A DNA stretch of 64,000 bases from Lama guanicoe (taxonomy: Eukaryota), in assembly GCA_013239625.1 (NCBI GenBank), contig MU053418.1:186001-250000 (forward strand). Reading direction: 5' to 3'. Position 1 is the first letter of the stretch. Every line of letters starts with the position of its first letter. The position numbers and the translations under genes were made by a program. Positions 1 to 13,299 of the stretch are shown here, piece after piece. Below the pieces are notes generated by a model. The model was not told where the DNA came from. It was given only the letters and a program-made list of their open reading frames with translations, and made no database searches.

Positions 1-150
1 GTCCCATGATGTGAGTAAAAAATCTTTTTACATTCTCTTGGTGCATGTGTGTCTTGACATCCAAACCAAATTTGGGGTTGAGTGGTTTTAATCTGTCCTC
101 TGTGGGGCCACTTCCATCCTGGAAGCAGAATAATCTAGAGAATGACCACC
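1..150 (+). mobile_element. LTR-like fragment (3' part)
   Basis: CTCTTGGTGCATGTGTGTCTTGACATCCAAACCAAATTTGGGG resembles the U5 end of old eutherian LTRs; family uncertain. Confidence 0.35.
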
Positions 151-1189
151 ACGACCTTGAGGTCTTTCTTCTCTTGTTTTTGTCTAGCTAACTGGTTTTG
201 TTTTCTGATGGGAAGCATGTGCTTTGAGCTCTGCTGTTTTATGCCGCACTTGCTGGGTCCAGCCCGAGCCTCCGCCTCTGCCACAGATTTAACTGACCAA
301 AGCTTGAAATAGTACTGAATTGAGTGTAATTGGTGTTCAGGGACAGGAGTGTGGAACGAGGGTCCTTCTCTGGGTCATGTGTTCGGGTCATGGGTTTTGG
401 CCCAGACCTATCTGTGTGCCTAAAATTGAATTGTGCGTCTCAACTCCGACATAAATTGTAACAGACGCTAGGATCCTGGATTCTACCTTGAGATTGTTGG
501 TTGAATCTCAACCAGGCATTTTTCTCCACTGTATAGTCATGACTTAAATGAGGCATTCTATAGAACCCTCATCTCTCTTACCAGCTTCAAGCTGCAGGCT
601 TCACAGAATGTAACAGCTTACTAAAACAACTTTGAAATCAATTAAATAAAACACAGCACATTTATCAAACCTCGGGGATGAATTGTAATAAGGAGCCTGA
701 CTATAGTTCTATTATAAAAATTTAGTATTTTTTTATTACTTTGAGTGAAAACTCAATAGTTGGCACAAGAGTAAACTGATGTCATAAAATTGCTGACCAG
801 GAAATCAGCATACATTCAGTATTATTCCTTAGTGAACAGTCAAAATATTTTATACCATTAGCATAATATTTGAGTAAAAATCTCATGCGAGTGCGCACCT
901 AACATTAAGCTTTCTTTTTCTTTTGTAAGGTGATATGAGTGGGATTCCTCTTCCGTTTCAGTTTATATGTTTTCTCTTCCTTGCATGTTTCGTGTATCAG
1001 CTGCATAATTTTGCAAGCTTGTATTCCAAAGATAAAGTCAGCTGTTACAGGGCCTTATTCTTTGCACTACTGTACTTGGTTCCAAGCGCTTTCTTTAAAT
1101 TACTATCGCTGTTCATCGCACCAACTCAAGATAGTTTTCTGTTTTCAAGTCCCCAGACTGAGGATTGCCAGTTCTAGTCAGCTACCACC

Positions 1190-1930
1190 GTGAGCAACGA
1201 AAGGACCCGGCCAGCAGCAAACACTCAGACCGCCGGACGAGGCCGAACTTCACGACGTCAGCCGCCGGGCTGCCGCAGCGCAGGCTCCCGGGAAGCGGAG
1301 CTCCCGCGCGCGGGGCGCCGGGCGCCTGCCGCGCATGAGCAGTCCCAGCTCCTTCCCGCGGCCGCCGCCGCCATTTTCTCCGTCTCACACCGCAGGGGGG
1401 GAGAGGATCAGGAGCCTCCAGGTCTGCGCAGCGCCGCAGAGGGCGGGGCCCGGAACCTGCGCGGGCCGGGAGCCGAGGCTGAGCCCCTGCAGGTGTGTCG
1501 CAGGCCTCGCCGCGGGCGCGAGGCTGGGGGCGGGGGGGATGCCGGGTCTCCGCGGCTGCGCCGAATCGGAGAACCTGGAAGCCGCCGCCCCTCTATGAGC
1601 GCCGGCCTGGCCGCGGAGGAGGACTAGGGAGGGAGCCAGGCAGGCGGCCCGGCGGGGAGGCTGGTCGTCCGCAGTCGGGATCCTTACCAAGAAGCCGCGT
1701 TTCTCGCCCTGCGCGCGAGGGGCGGCTCGAGGAGGCCCGGGGCGCCGGGCATAGCGGGGACGGCCGCGCGGAGGGGACGGCCGCTTGTGACGTGGGTGCC
1801 AAGCCCGTCACGTCCGGGCTGGCGTGGCGGCGGCGCGGGCTGCGGGAGACGTGGCGTTGTCAAGCCTGGGGGACCTGGGCTCTGCTCCAGCGCCCGCCAG
1901 TAAATGGGCCGGTTAACCTCGGTACGACTC
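1190..1930 (+). promoter_or_regulatory. ZNF25: CpG island / promoter and probable non-coding exon 1 of ZNF25
   Basis: Only GC- and CpG-rich block in the window, ~1.7 kb upstream of the ATG exon. Contains a YY1 motif GCCGCCATTTT (1367-1377), CRE-like CGACGTCA (1253-1260), GC box GGGCGGGG (1441-1448) and a candidate donor CAG|GTGTGT at 1492/1493. Exon 1 limits are inferred. Confidence 0.85.
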
Positions 1931-1959
1931 GGATACTCATCTGTATAATTATAATAACC

Positions 1960-2240
1960 GTTAGGGTCTCTTTTTGTATTGAATAGGGTAGTGTTTATAC
2001 AAAGCATGTTAAGGACTCAATAAAGGTGAGCTGCTTTTATCATTACAAGGTATGCTGTTCTTTTCATTATTGGCTCATTTAATCATCTTAATCATCGTAA
2101 CCATCCCTTGAATCGGTATTAACCACCTCCATTTTAATAAATACGAATACTAAAGGTTCAAAGAGAAATTAGCTTGCCTTGAATTAGCAGGTGGGATTCA
2201 ACTCTCACTTGTTTTGCTCTATAGTTCATGCTGTTTCCCA
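1960..2240. mobile_element. MIR SINE fragments
   Basis: MIR-like motifs CTCATTTAATC, CTCCATTTTA..AA.ACTAAAGGTTCAAAGAG and GGGATTCAA. Confidence 0.55.
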
Positions 2241-3652
2241 CCCTAAAATCCACAGTCTTAAGTTGTATTTAGTGCAGTGATTGTCTCTTGAACACCACCG
2301 GAATGGAGTGGACCTAATCTTACCATGTAGTATTCTATTTCCAAATATTCTTGAGGCTTCCTCAGAACTCCTGGGTAAAAGGTTAATTAAAGCCCTTCCT
2401 GTGTTCTCTAACCTTTTCTATTCTCAGACGATTGTTAAACATGTAAATTTAAACCATAGTTGAAACGCTGAATTTTAAGTTTTACTGGAGAAGCTGAGCA
2501 TCTTATTCAGGCCAGAGACTAGTTTCTAGAGAGAAGAAATGGGACAGACTCTTTTAAAACAGAAAACTGCTGTTTCATCTGTGCTCCATGTTATGAAAGT
2601 GATGTCATACATAATGCCTTATTGGCTGGTGTATCTCGGCAAATTAAGTGGGCATTTTGTAAGCATCAGGGCAGCACTGGAAGTGGTTTCTTCTGTGTAT
2701 GAGAAGGACCTAGGCATTATGGCATCTAGTTACCTTTTGCTCTGTACATGAAGTGCCTGTTTTGGGATAATGGTGCTGAATAGCTATTTTAGAAGTTAGA
2801 TTTGTGTCATTGTCAACAGATTAGATGGCCAAGTCAGAATTCATCAAAGCCTAATTAAATTTTGCCCTAGGAGAGGACAGTGAATTCCAGGGTACTGTTG
2901 GATTTGTGGTGCTGAATTGAAGCCCTATAGAATCAGAATTGTACATGATTGTTCGAAATTCCCTAATTCCTTTTCATGTTAAAGATAATAGCGTTGAAAC
3001 TAAGACAGTCACCAAGTTTGTTAGTAGCAGGGCTTAGCATAGAATTGGTCTCCTGGTCCACTATACCATATTTTAGTCAAAACAAGGTTCTTGGAGAAGT
3101 GATTTTGAAAAAACTGAAATTTAGGGAGAAGAAACATCTTATTTTTGACAGCTCTGAAGACTTCATAACCTTGTGGGGTTTATAATAATAGAATAAATCG
3201 TTATAACATGTAACTTGAAAACTTTTCCATATCAATAGATATTTCTCTTCAACATCACTTGCCAGCATAGAGTTCCACACTTTGGGTATATATTATTTGC
3301 CATTTAAGTTTTCAACTTTTTTGTGGTATTTAGTAAATGAACACATAATTTTCAAAACAGCCAATAGGAAAGAAATGCTTATGTTCACTCAAAAATGTCC
3401 CAGTTTCATCAAGATTATATCAGAGTCACCAGTGGACAGGTGGGTACTCCCTTATCTTATCACGGTCCTTCCTATTCCTTCTCAAGACTCAAAGGGACAT
3501 TTTCCCAGAGGTTTATCTTTTACTAAAATGTTGTATGTAAATTTCTCCCAGGTGATTCCTGAGCTGCAAGATAAGGTCTCTTATGACTTCTGTCCTCCGT
3601 CTTTCCCTGTTCTGGCTTCATAGTTTCTATACTTTCCCAATAGCAGGAGAAA

Positions 3653-3667
3653 ATGAACAAATTCCGG
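3653..3667 (+). CDS. ZNF25: ZNF25 first coding exon (MNKFR)
   Basis: AAA ATG AAC AAA TTC CGG followed by donor GTGAGT at 3668. Phase 0 joins the KRAB-A exon to give MNKFR-GPVTFKD; human ZNF25 as I recall begins MNKFQGPVT. Confidence 0.9.
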
Positions 3668-3701
3668 GTGAGTCTTTTTTTAGCTCTTACTTTTTTTTCA
3701 C

Positions 3702-3729
3702 TGTGTGTGCATGTGTGTGTGTGTGTGTG
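3702..3729. repeat. (TG)n microsatellite
   Basis: Seen directly, ~35 nt downstream of the ATG-exon donor. Confidence 0.95.
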
Positions 3730-3834
3730 TTTAGAAACTTTTATGGAAGAGAGCCCATATATTAAATTAGAGAAGTGGAAATAGTTAAAAATCACCCTTA
3801 GGGAAAATACTGTTTGAATACTACAGCATTTCCA

Positions 3835-4560
3835 AGGTATGGTCTGCAAACCCCTGGGAACCCCAAGACCCATTCAATGGGTCTGTGACGTCAAAACATA
3901 ATACCAAGATGCAGATTGCCTTTCACACTGATGACATTTGCACTGATGGTGTAAAAGCAACAGATTGCCGCCTGTTTTGCATGAATCAGGACAGTGACAC
4001 CAGTGACACTGTTTTCCTCTGCAATGTACTCATAGTAAAAAATTGCCACCTTTACTTAAGGATATCCTTGATGAAACAGTAAAAGTTATTAATTTTATTA
4101 AATCTTGACCCCTGAGTACACATCTTTTTAATATTCAGTGTGATGAAATGGGAAATTCAGAGAAAGCACTTCTGCTGTGTACTGAAGTATGATGGTTGGT
4201 TGCCTTGAGGAAAAGCATGTGTGCAATTGTTTGATTTGTGAGCGCACCTAGCCACTTTTTTCATGGAATACCATTTTTACTCGAAAGAGCAACTGGCGGA
4301 CAAACTATGGTTATTCAGAGAGTATTCAAACATTTTCTCAAAAATGAGTGAAGTGAGCCTGTCGTCTCAAGGAAAATAACTATTTGTTGCTGGTGTTAAA
4401 AGTTCAGCTTTCAAGTGAAAATGAGAATGTCTACCACTGTGAAGTTGACAAAATCTAATACTTAAAGACTTTTCTGATAAAATTGGAGAGGTTATTAACA
4501 AATACGATTTTTTCAATATTAAATAAAATATGTCAACATTTGAGTAACGTTTCTGATTTA
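3835..4560 (+). mobile_element. hAT-Charlie DNA transposon fossil (Charlie1-like)
   Basis: Decayed transposase motifs LDETVKVINFIKS*PLSTHLFNIQCDEMG, KALLLCTEV and FFMEYHFYSKEQLADKLWLFR, similar to Charlie/Buster transposases. Confidence 0.8.
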
Positions 4561-5599
4561 TGTGCTCAGAGGCAAACTCAAACTGTTTAAGAGGACAGAG
4601 CGGTAGAAGTAAGGAACAGGGAATAAGTCGGTTACGGAATGCCACTCTAAAAGGTAGTATTTGAGGAATGTCTAGTAGATTAGAGACAGCCAAGTAGATA
4701 CCTGGAGAAAGAGCATTCTACATAAAAGGAATGGCAAACACATACATCCTGAGGCATGTTTCAGAAACAGTATTTAGGACACTGAAACTAGAGAGATTTT
4801 ATGTATTGATTCGTTAAAAATTTTAAAAATGATACTTTATGCAAGCAAAGGAATGTATATAATGTATATGTATAATTTAGGGAGCATTGATATGTAAACC
4901 CCAGTGTATCCTCTATCTGGGTTAAGCAATAGAAATTACTTGTACCTTTGAAGCCCAGGTGCCCTTCCTTAATCTCATCCCACCATCTCCCAGAGAAAAG
5001 GAACCCTATATTCTGTGGTAACCATTTCTTTGCTTTTTAAACTTAATTTTTCAAAATGAAACAGTGTATTTGGCAAGTAATTAAATGCCCAGCCCTTTGT
5101 TAAGCACTTGACATAGGCTGTCTAACATAATCCTCACAGCCACCTTTTGAAGTGTTACTACTATACCATAAATTTTCAGTGCGGACATTATCTGTTTCTA
5201 ATTAAGTGTCATAACCTTTGGACATGATGGTGGAGAGAGACTCTAGAAAGAGGGAGAAATAAAGTTAAATTTTTTGAGCTTTCTCCTACTTTAACCTATT
5301 TTACAGTTTTGCTTCAGTCAGTCTTGAACACATTTGTATGTTTTATGTGGGAATTTCCTGATTTGGGATTCATTCAGGGGTGCCGCATGTTTTCCTTACC
5401 TTATGCTCTGTAACTGGTCTCTGAATGGCCAGTCGGGGACAGCAGAAATGACTAATGAGCCTTTTTGTTTTCTGAAGCAATTTTGAGTGTAGTCATCACT
5501 ACCAACTCTTGGAAAAGTTTATTTTATGCAGATAATTGGATTTTTGGTTTGTTCTTAGGCATTTGGCCTGATTAGAAGAAGATCTCTTTTTTTTATTCC

Positions 5600-8400
5600 T
5601 TCCCGAATCTCTTTAGTTCTACTGGCATAAATTTCTTCTGTTTGAAAACATTCTTTACAGTTAATGTTTTTATTCTGCTTGTTTGCTTTAGTGAGGGTCT
5701 GCTGGCGGAAAATTCTTAGTTTTCTTTATACGAAATATTCATGAAATTTTTCACTGTGCATAGAAATCTTGGTTGACAGTTCTTTCCTTTTAAAACATTG
5801 AAAAGCATTCACTGTCTTCTACTACTGATGCTGTTGAAAATTCATCTGTTGGTTTATCAGACCTTTGAAATAAATCTGTTTTGAGCTAGCTGCTTTTTAA
5901 GATATCTTTTATTCTAATATGTTTATATGTGTATTTCTTTTTATCCTAATGAGATTTATTGTACTTCCTTTGGGTTAAGAATTCAAGTGTTTTGAGTATT
6001 ACATTGTACCTCCTTTATTGACTTTTTTTTGCTTTATTTTGTTTACTGCTTAGTTTAGAGATTACAACATGCACCAGTAACATGACGGTGTCTTCAAATA
6101 ATACTATATTTATTCGTGAATAATGTAATAAACTTTCATACGTATAATTGTATTTACACCCTTCCCACCCTGTGGTCCTTGACTTATATCTCACTTGTAC
6201 ATTTATTTTTAACCCCAAATATTTGTTATTTCTACTTTAAACAATATTAATCTTTTAAAAGAAATGTGTGTGTGCGCGCGTGTGCGCGCTTGCGTACAGA
6301 TAAGATGGTCTTCTATGTTTATGTACTTATCTGCTTTGGCACTGTTTATTCCTTCCTGCTCGTCTGGGATGCTCTCTGATACCTATTCCCTGCAGCCTAA
6401 GCAACTCACTTTTACCATTTCATGTCGCTTAGCACTGATGGTGACAAATTAACTTGGCCTGCCTTTCTTAAAATGTCTTTATTTCACCTTGGTTTTTGAA
6501 GGATATTTTGCCAGATACAGAACTTTATGTCAAGAATTTTCTTTGTTTCTGTAGTTTTAGGATATCTTTGTCTTCTTCTTTCTGTTGTTCCTGTTGAGAA
6601 GCTAGTCTTCATCTTACTGTTAGCCACCTAAATATAATGTGTCTTTTTCCTCTGTTTGTGCTTAAGATTTTCATTTTATGTTTAGTTTTCAATAGACTGT
6701 GATGTGTGTAGGTAGAGTTTATTTTGCATTTATCCCTTTTGAAGGATAATAGAGTTTTATGGGCCTTTTATCATTTTGGAAAATTCTTGGACATTCTTTA
6801 GATATTTTCTTTGCTTTGTTCTCTCTTTTTTTCTTTCTAAAATCCCAATTATGTTGAACTAAATATATATTGTCCCAAATGTTCAGATTCTGTATTTAGT
6901 TTGGGGTTTTTTTGTGTTTGGTCTTTTAATTTGGATATTTCTATTGAGATGACTTTTTCCAAGTTCATGGCTTCCTTCTTTTGTTCTGTTAGTTCTCTTC
7001 ATTCATAAGCCCACAGAATCCACTTCTGACATTGTATCTTTCAATTCTAAAAATTCTTGTTTTTCTCTTTTTGTTTTTCTTTCTCTGCTAAGATTCCCCA
7101 TCATTTCATTTATATTCTCCAATTTTTTATTACTAGGTCATTTAAAAGTTTTATTGTAATTACTTTAAAGTCCTTATCTGCTAATCAACATCTAGGTTAT
7201 CTGTGGATCTGCTTCAGTAGGCTTCATTCTTTAGTATGAATCAAAATTTTCTACTTCTTTGCATGTCTCATAATTCTTTATTGTGTGTTAGACATTATGT
7301 ATAAAAGTACAGTAGAGATTGAAGTACATAATACCTGCAGAAAAAGGCACATCCCTTCCTCTGTTTGCTAAATCAGTCAGTATGTCGTTGAGCTGGCCCC
7401 GAGCTTTAGTTACTAGATACAGTTCACCACTGGCTTCAGATGATTTGAGAGCAGGGTCAAGGCTTTGCCTTCAGCAGGGCTTCGGTTGTGAACACCACCA
7501 AAGCTCCACTGATGTGCTTGTAGCTTGCAACCAGCGTTTCTTTTGGGGCAACTGAGGGGTTCCTGCCCTGTAGCGATTTCACCGCCTGACACATCTCTCC
7601 CCGCCCTGGTGCTCTGCTCCCAGCCTTCAGAGGGTTGTTGCCACACACTTAGTAAAGGCCTATGGCGAAAAAAATGGTTGCGTGTTCATATTTCAGAGCA
7701 GCTATGTAAATTATGCAGCCTTCTGTTTGGTTCTAGAAACTGCTTCCCCAACTTAAAATAAACTTACCACTTTTGAGATTTAATGGAACATAAAAGAAGT
7801 CCTACAGAAACTAAGCTTCTGTTTGGGGGAGTCTTGAATATGAAACCACCAGTCAGTCACCAGGTAGTATCAAAAGGCAAGTTGTTGACTTGCTTTGTGA
7901 CTGGGGCACTTAGGAATTCTAATACATCACACAAGCCCACAGGCAAACATGAGAAGTCGTTGAAAGTCGGACTGGTTTCTGTAACTTGTGATTCTCTTTT
8001 CTCTTTTGAAATATTTGTCTCTTCTGAATTTTTTCCTTTGTTCACCTTTGGATTCTCGGATCTCTGCTTTTAGAAAACATAACTTTCTAGTTTAGGGGCT
8101 TGTTCTCGTTATTAAGATGAGATCAACTTCCCTTTTGCTTCTCTACATTCTATTCAAAACTTGTTGTTTATCCTTACTCTAGAGATGCTACCTCTGAACT
8201 GCTTTCTGCTCTATAGTTTTGCCCTGGCTATGAAATTTGAAAATTCCCTGAAAATTCTAAGCAGATATGTAGGACTCATTCCAGTTAATTTCACTTTTTT
8301 CTTAGATCTTAATCCCTTAAATTCTGGTGCTTAGTTTAATATTTAATGTTTCTGTACATCTATTTTTCGTGTGTTAGAGGGATTTTGTTTTTGCTTTTAT
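5600..8400 (-). mobile_element. Old L1M fragments (ORF1/5' region), antisense
   Basis: T-rich decayed L1 motifs such as TTTATTTCACCTTGGTTTTTGAAGGATATTTTGCCAGATACAGAA and TTTTGGAAAATTCTTGGACATT. Confidence 0.6.
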
Positions 8401-8434
8401 TTTTCTTTTTGTAAATTGAAGTTTGACTTATTTA

Positions 8435-10390
8435 CTTTTTAATTGTAGTAAAATATACATAAAAATTTACCATCGTAAGCCATTTTAAGTGTGTAGTTCT
8501 GTGATATTAAGTACATTCACATTGTTGTGCAGTCATCACCGCCACCTATCTCCATAACTCTTCAACATCCCAGACTGAAACTCCACACATTAAACACTTA
8601 ACTTCCCAATATCCCTCATCCCACACCTTGGGAAAAACCATTCTACTTTCTGTCTCTGTGAATTTGACTACTCTAGGTACCTCATATAAGTAGAATCATA
8701 CAGTGTTCATCCTGGCTTATTTCATTCAGAACAGTGTCTTCAAGGTTCATCCATGTTGTAGCACATGACAGGGTTTCCTTCCTTTTAGAGGCTGAATAAT
8801 ATTCCATTGTGTGGATGTACTACGTTTTCTTTATGCAGTCCTTTCTTGATGGACACCTGGGTTGCTTGGACTTTGTAGCTGTTATCATGAACATTGGCTT
8901 ACAAATATTTGTTTGAGTCCTTGCTTTGAATTCTTTTGGATACATAACTGGGAGTGGAATTTCTGGATCATATGGTAATTCTGTGTTTAATTTTTTTTTG
9001 AGGAACTGCTATACTGTATTTCATAGTGGCTGCACCATTTAACATTCCCACTGACAATGCTCAAGGGTTCTGGTTTCTTCACATCCTTGCCAATATTTGA
9101 GATTTTCTCTTTTTCGTTGTGTGTGTGTGTGTGTGTTTTTTGAGCGTAGCCACCTAATGGGTGTGAAGTGGTTTGTGCTCTATTTTTAATTTTATTTGCT
9201 TTTTAACTTACAGCAGAATTCACTCTTTTTGGATGTACATTTCAGTGACTTTTGACACATGCATAAGACATGTAATCATCACCACAGCCAAGATATGGGA
9301 CAGTTTAATCACCTCAAAATTTCCTTGGTTCCCTCTGTGTAGTTTCCCCATCACTAATTCCTAGAAATCACCAATTTATTCTTCATCCCTAATGTTCTGC
9401 CTTTCCCCAGTGTCATATAAATTGAATCATATAGTATGTGGTTTTTTGAGACTACCTACTTTCATTTAGCATGGTGCATTTGAGATTTGATCATGCTGTT
9501 GCATGTATCAATAGTTAGTTCTTTTTTATTGCTAAATAGTATTCAGTTATATGTGTCTAGCTCATTTATTTATCTGTACATCAGTTCAGAATATTTGGGT
9601 TTCTGGTTTTTTGGCAATTATGAAAAGAGCTGTTACAAACATTTGCATTCAGATATTTGGGTATACACAGATTTTCATTTCTCTTGGGTAAATACCTAGG
9701 CATGTGATTACTGGGTCACATGGTAAATATATAATTAACTTTATAAGAAAATGCCAAACTTTTCCTGAGTAGTCTGTATTCTTACTGCATTGTATCAGAG
9801 TTCCATTTGCTTCCCATTCTTATCAGCACTTGGTATTTCACGGGTTTTTTTTTTAAGTCATTCTGATAGGTGTGCAGTGGTATGCCATTATTGCTTTAAT
9901 TTGCATTTTTCTAATGACTAATGATGTTGAAAATATCTTTTGGTGTGCTTATTTGCTATCCATATATCTTCTTTTGTGAGTGTCTATTCAGATTTTCTGT
10001 TCATTTTTAAATTTGGTTGTTTTCTTAATGCTTTTGAGAGTTCTTTATATGTTCTGGATACAAGTGCTTTGTTAGATTTGTGATTTTCAAATATTTTCCT
10101 CACTATCTGTGGCTATTCTTTTTACTCACCAAAAAGTGTCTTTCACAAAAATTTGATGAACTCCAAGCAAATTTTTCTTCTTAGTGTCTTTTGGTGTCAT
10201 CTCTAAAAAGTTTTTGCTTATCTCAGAGTCACAAAGACTTTTCCTATCTTCTAAAAAATTTTGTAGTTTTACATTTTATACTTAGGTCTATAATTCATTT
10301 TGAGTTTATTTTTGTATAAAGTATAACTTATTGGCTGAGGTTCATTTTTGTATACAGATGCCCATTTTTTACACTGCCATTTATTGAAAA
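8435..10390 (-). mobile_element. Two adjacent L1MA/MB-type 3' ends, antisense (8435-9172; 9185-10390)
   Basis: Typical 3'UTR and ORF2-end strings: TTAAGTACATTCACATTGTTGTGCA, GGCTGAATAATATTCCATTGTGTGGATGTAC and TTTAATTTGCATTTTTCTAATGACTAATGATGTTGA. Confidence 0.85.
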
Positions 10391-10399
10391 GCAAATGTA

Positions 10400-10730
10400 T
10401 ATATGTTATCTTAATACGTATTAACTTATCGTGTATATGATAGATACAGAAATAATTATAGATATGTGTATGTGCATGAGTTAATATACAAACATATATT
10501 TACTGTCTGCTGAGAGGGCCTGTAAGCAGTGACACCTCGGTAGCAAACCTAGCACACAGATCTTGGTTTTAAAATATCATTCTACAGTAACAGGAACCAG
10601 AATTCCATGGAGTGATTGATTGATTGTAGGTCTAAGGCAAGGGTATACAAGATAAGCACAGAGCATTCCGTAGTATCAGAGAGTAAGGAAGTGCTCAAAA
10701 ACAAAGTGATGTGGGCATGTTAAATAGACA
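10400..10730 (+). mobile_element. L1MC/MD-type 3'UTR fragment, sense
   Basis: CTGTCTGCTGAGAGGGCCT..AAGCAGTGACACC and AGTAAGGAAGTGCTCAAAAACAAA. Confidence 0.6.
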
Positions 10731-13299
10731 CACCTTTTTCTTAGATTCTAGAGTTCTGAAAAACGTTGATTTCTGTCAGTTTTTTCCACCTTAATGGTTG
10801 CCTCATTGGAGGGACCAATTCTTGAAGCTCTCCACTTCACCATTTCTTATGACATCACTCATGTTCAAAGGTTTTTAACTACAAATCCAGTTTATTTAAT
10901 AGATATGGGACTATTCAGCTTAGGTATTTCTCCTGAGTGAGTTTTGGTAGTTTGTTTCTTTCAAGAAATTGGTCCATTTCATCTTTCATCATAAGATATA
11001 AAATTTATATGCATAGAATTGTTCAGAGTGTGCCCTTATTATCCTTTTAATGTTTATGAGGTATGTAATAACTGCCCTCCTTTTCACTTTTGACATTGTT
11101 AACCTTTAGTTTCTGTTTTCTTGGTCATTCTAGATATAGCTTTTTCAATTTTCTTGATCTGTGAGAACCAACATTTATCATTGGTATTTTCCAATAACAT
11201 AAACCAAATGCTCAGCTGTTGTTTCCAAGTAACTTTTTCAGGTAACTTTCTGTTACTGATTTTCAATTTAAATTGGCTATAGTCAGAGAATTTATTTGAA
11301 TAATTTCAATTATTTTGAGCTTGAGATTTGTCATCTGGCCAAAATATGGTCTTTCAATGAGTATCTGAATGAGTATCCCATGAAAAGATGTGAGCACTTT
11401 GTTACCATATTTTTTAGTATCTTGGAAGGACAGTGTGGTTGTTTAGTATATAGAATAGTCTTTCCTTTTCATTGTGTCTGTAAACAATGCATTTTAACTT
11501 CCATAGTTTCCTGTTATGGCTATTCCAGAAATAAGTTCTCATTAGTTTCTTTTATCTGTTAGCTATTATTTCTAGTTTGCCATGTTCTTTTCCTTATTGG
11601 TTTCTTTGAAGTGTATTCTAGGGCTGTGCAGAATAGGTGCATCATTTGTATGCTTTTGAAATCCTTATGTTAATAAAAACTTCTTTTCTTAATCCTTGAA
11701 TTAAAATTTGGCAGGGCATGGAATTTTAGGTTCAAAACTTTTTCCATTAAAAGTATATGTGTATTCCTTCTTTGTCTTTTAGTGTTTGGTTCTATATACA
11801 AGAAGTCACATGCCAGTTTTATTCATATCCTGTTAATTGCTTATGTGATATTGCTATATGGTAAGAAAATAGTAATTGTAATTACTTCATCAGAAGTGTT
11901 ATTTTTTTTAAACCCATATATATTACAAAAGAATAAATCATCTCTCTGTGTAATACAGTTTTGTGTTTTTCTCTTTTGCTGTCTTGTGCCCATATTCAGT
12001 GGCCTTTATTAGTTCCTCTTCTTTATGTGGTGAGCTCTTCTCATCAGCTTTTGCTTTATGCTGGATGATCTTTGCTTTTTTTTTCTTTAAGTGAGGAATC
12101 ATATAAGCTTGACTTTAATTTCAGTTTCCTAGCCAAACCTGTCTCTCTGCTGTCCTTGTCAAATTGTAGCCCTTCAACTCTGAGCAGAGAGAAGCTTTCC
12201 TGAGGTCTCTGTTAGGATGTGTATCCAAAAGATGACTTCTCTTATCTCACCTTATGAGTTCTTTATCTTCCAAAAATGTCTCAAGTTGTCTTGTTTAGTA
12301 ATTACAGCTTTCACTCCTTTGCTGTGCTTTTATATAGTTACTCTACTTGGACTTTTTACATTTGAATTTTGAGCTAGAACTGGCCTTTATTTGTGACACT
12401 CTTCTTTCTTTGGTTTTCTAAACATTCTCCTGGTCTACTGTTACATTTAACTAAGTTTTATCAAGCTTTGTGGTCTTGGCCTAGTTTCTGTTGCTACCAT
12501 CTCAAATATTGCTGCTTCTGCATATCCTTTGGGGGGGACTCTTCTAGAACCCTATTTTTTAATATATGTGAAAATATTATTTACGGAAATTTACTTACAT
12601 GCATACCTTCCAGAATGGACAGTTCCAGCTATATGTTCCACAATCGTGTCAGACACAGAATGAATAAATTCACCTGATTGCCTCCTTTTGCCCAACTTAA
12701 CTGTTTTCTTGTTTTCCCATCTTGTTTTACTGATTTCCTAGTTGCCAGAGAATAATGTTAGTTGGTAACAAATATCTCCATACACCACAACCTGCTCCTA
12801 CTGAGTAGCTAGGAGACAGGAGACTAATTTATGTGTAAGTTGGGAGATCATTGTCAGAATAGCAGAAACAGCTTGTGAGCTCATTCCAGAGCAGTAAGTC
12901 AGGAGGGGATTGATGGAAGAAAAGAGATGGTGATGTCATAGCTCTAAAGGAATGTAAGATCAAGTAGGCATACTGCCAGAAGCAGAGGCTCTTACTCTGA
13001 CTGGAGAAAGATGTGGAAGAGGTTTGAAACCCGTGGGACCCAAGCACTAGCACTGGAAGTAGAAAAGAAGGGACTTAAAGTGTATGCAGGAACACCGGTG
13101 GCAGCTTGGAAAAGGCAATAACTCAGAGGAAAAGAAGGAATCCCTTGCTTGCTTGGGAGTAAAGGCAAGTAAGAAAATAAATAACTGAAATCTGGTGACC
13201 TAAAAAAAAAGAATACAGTATCACAGAATCTACAAACCATTCCCAATGTGCTAGTTTCTTAAAGGCTGTGAAAATATTATACCAACAGAAGAGAGAGCT

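Noticed and set aside
1182..2007. Several overlapping 70-160 aa ORFs on both strands
   Set aside because: Stop-poor GC-rich CpG island giving low-complexity Arg/Gly/Pro/Ala translations.
3835..4560. Domesticated Buster/ZBED-type transposase exon
   Set aside because: It has stops and frameshifts and no long ORF; an ordinary Charlie fossil.
6265..6289. (TG)/(CG) alternating tract with Z-DNA potential
   Set aside because: Short, inside old L1 sequence and commonplace.
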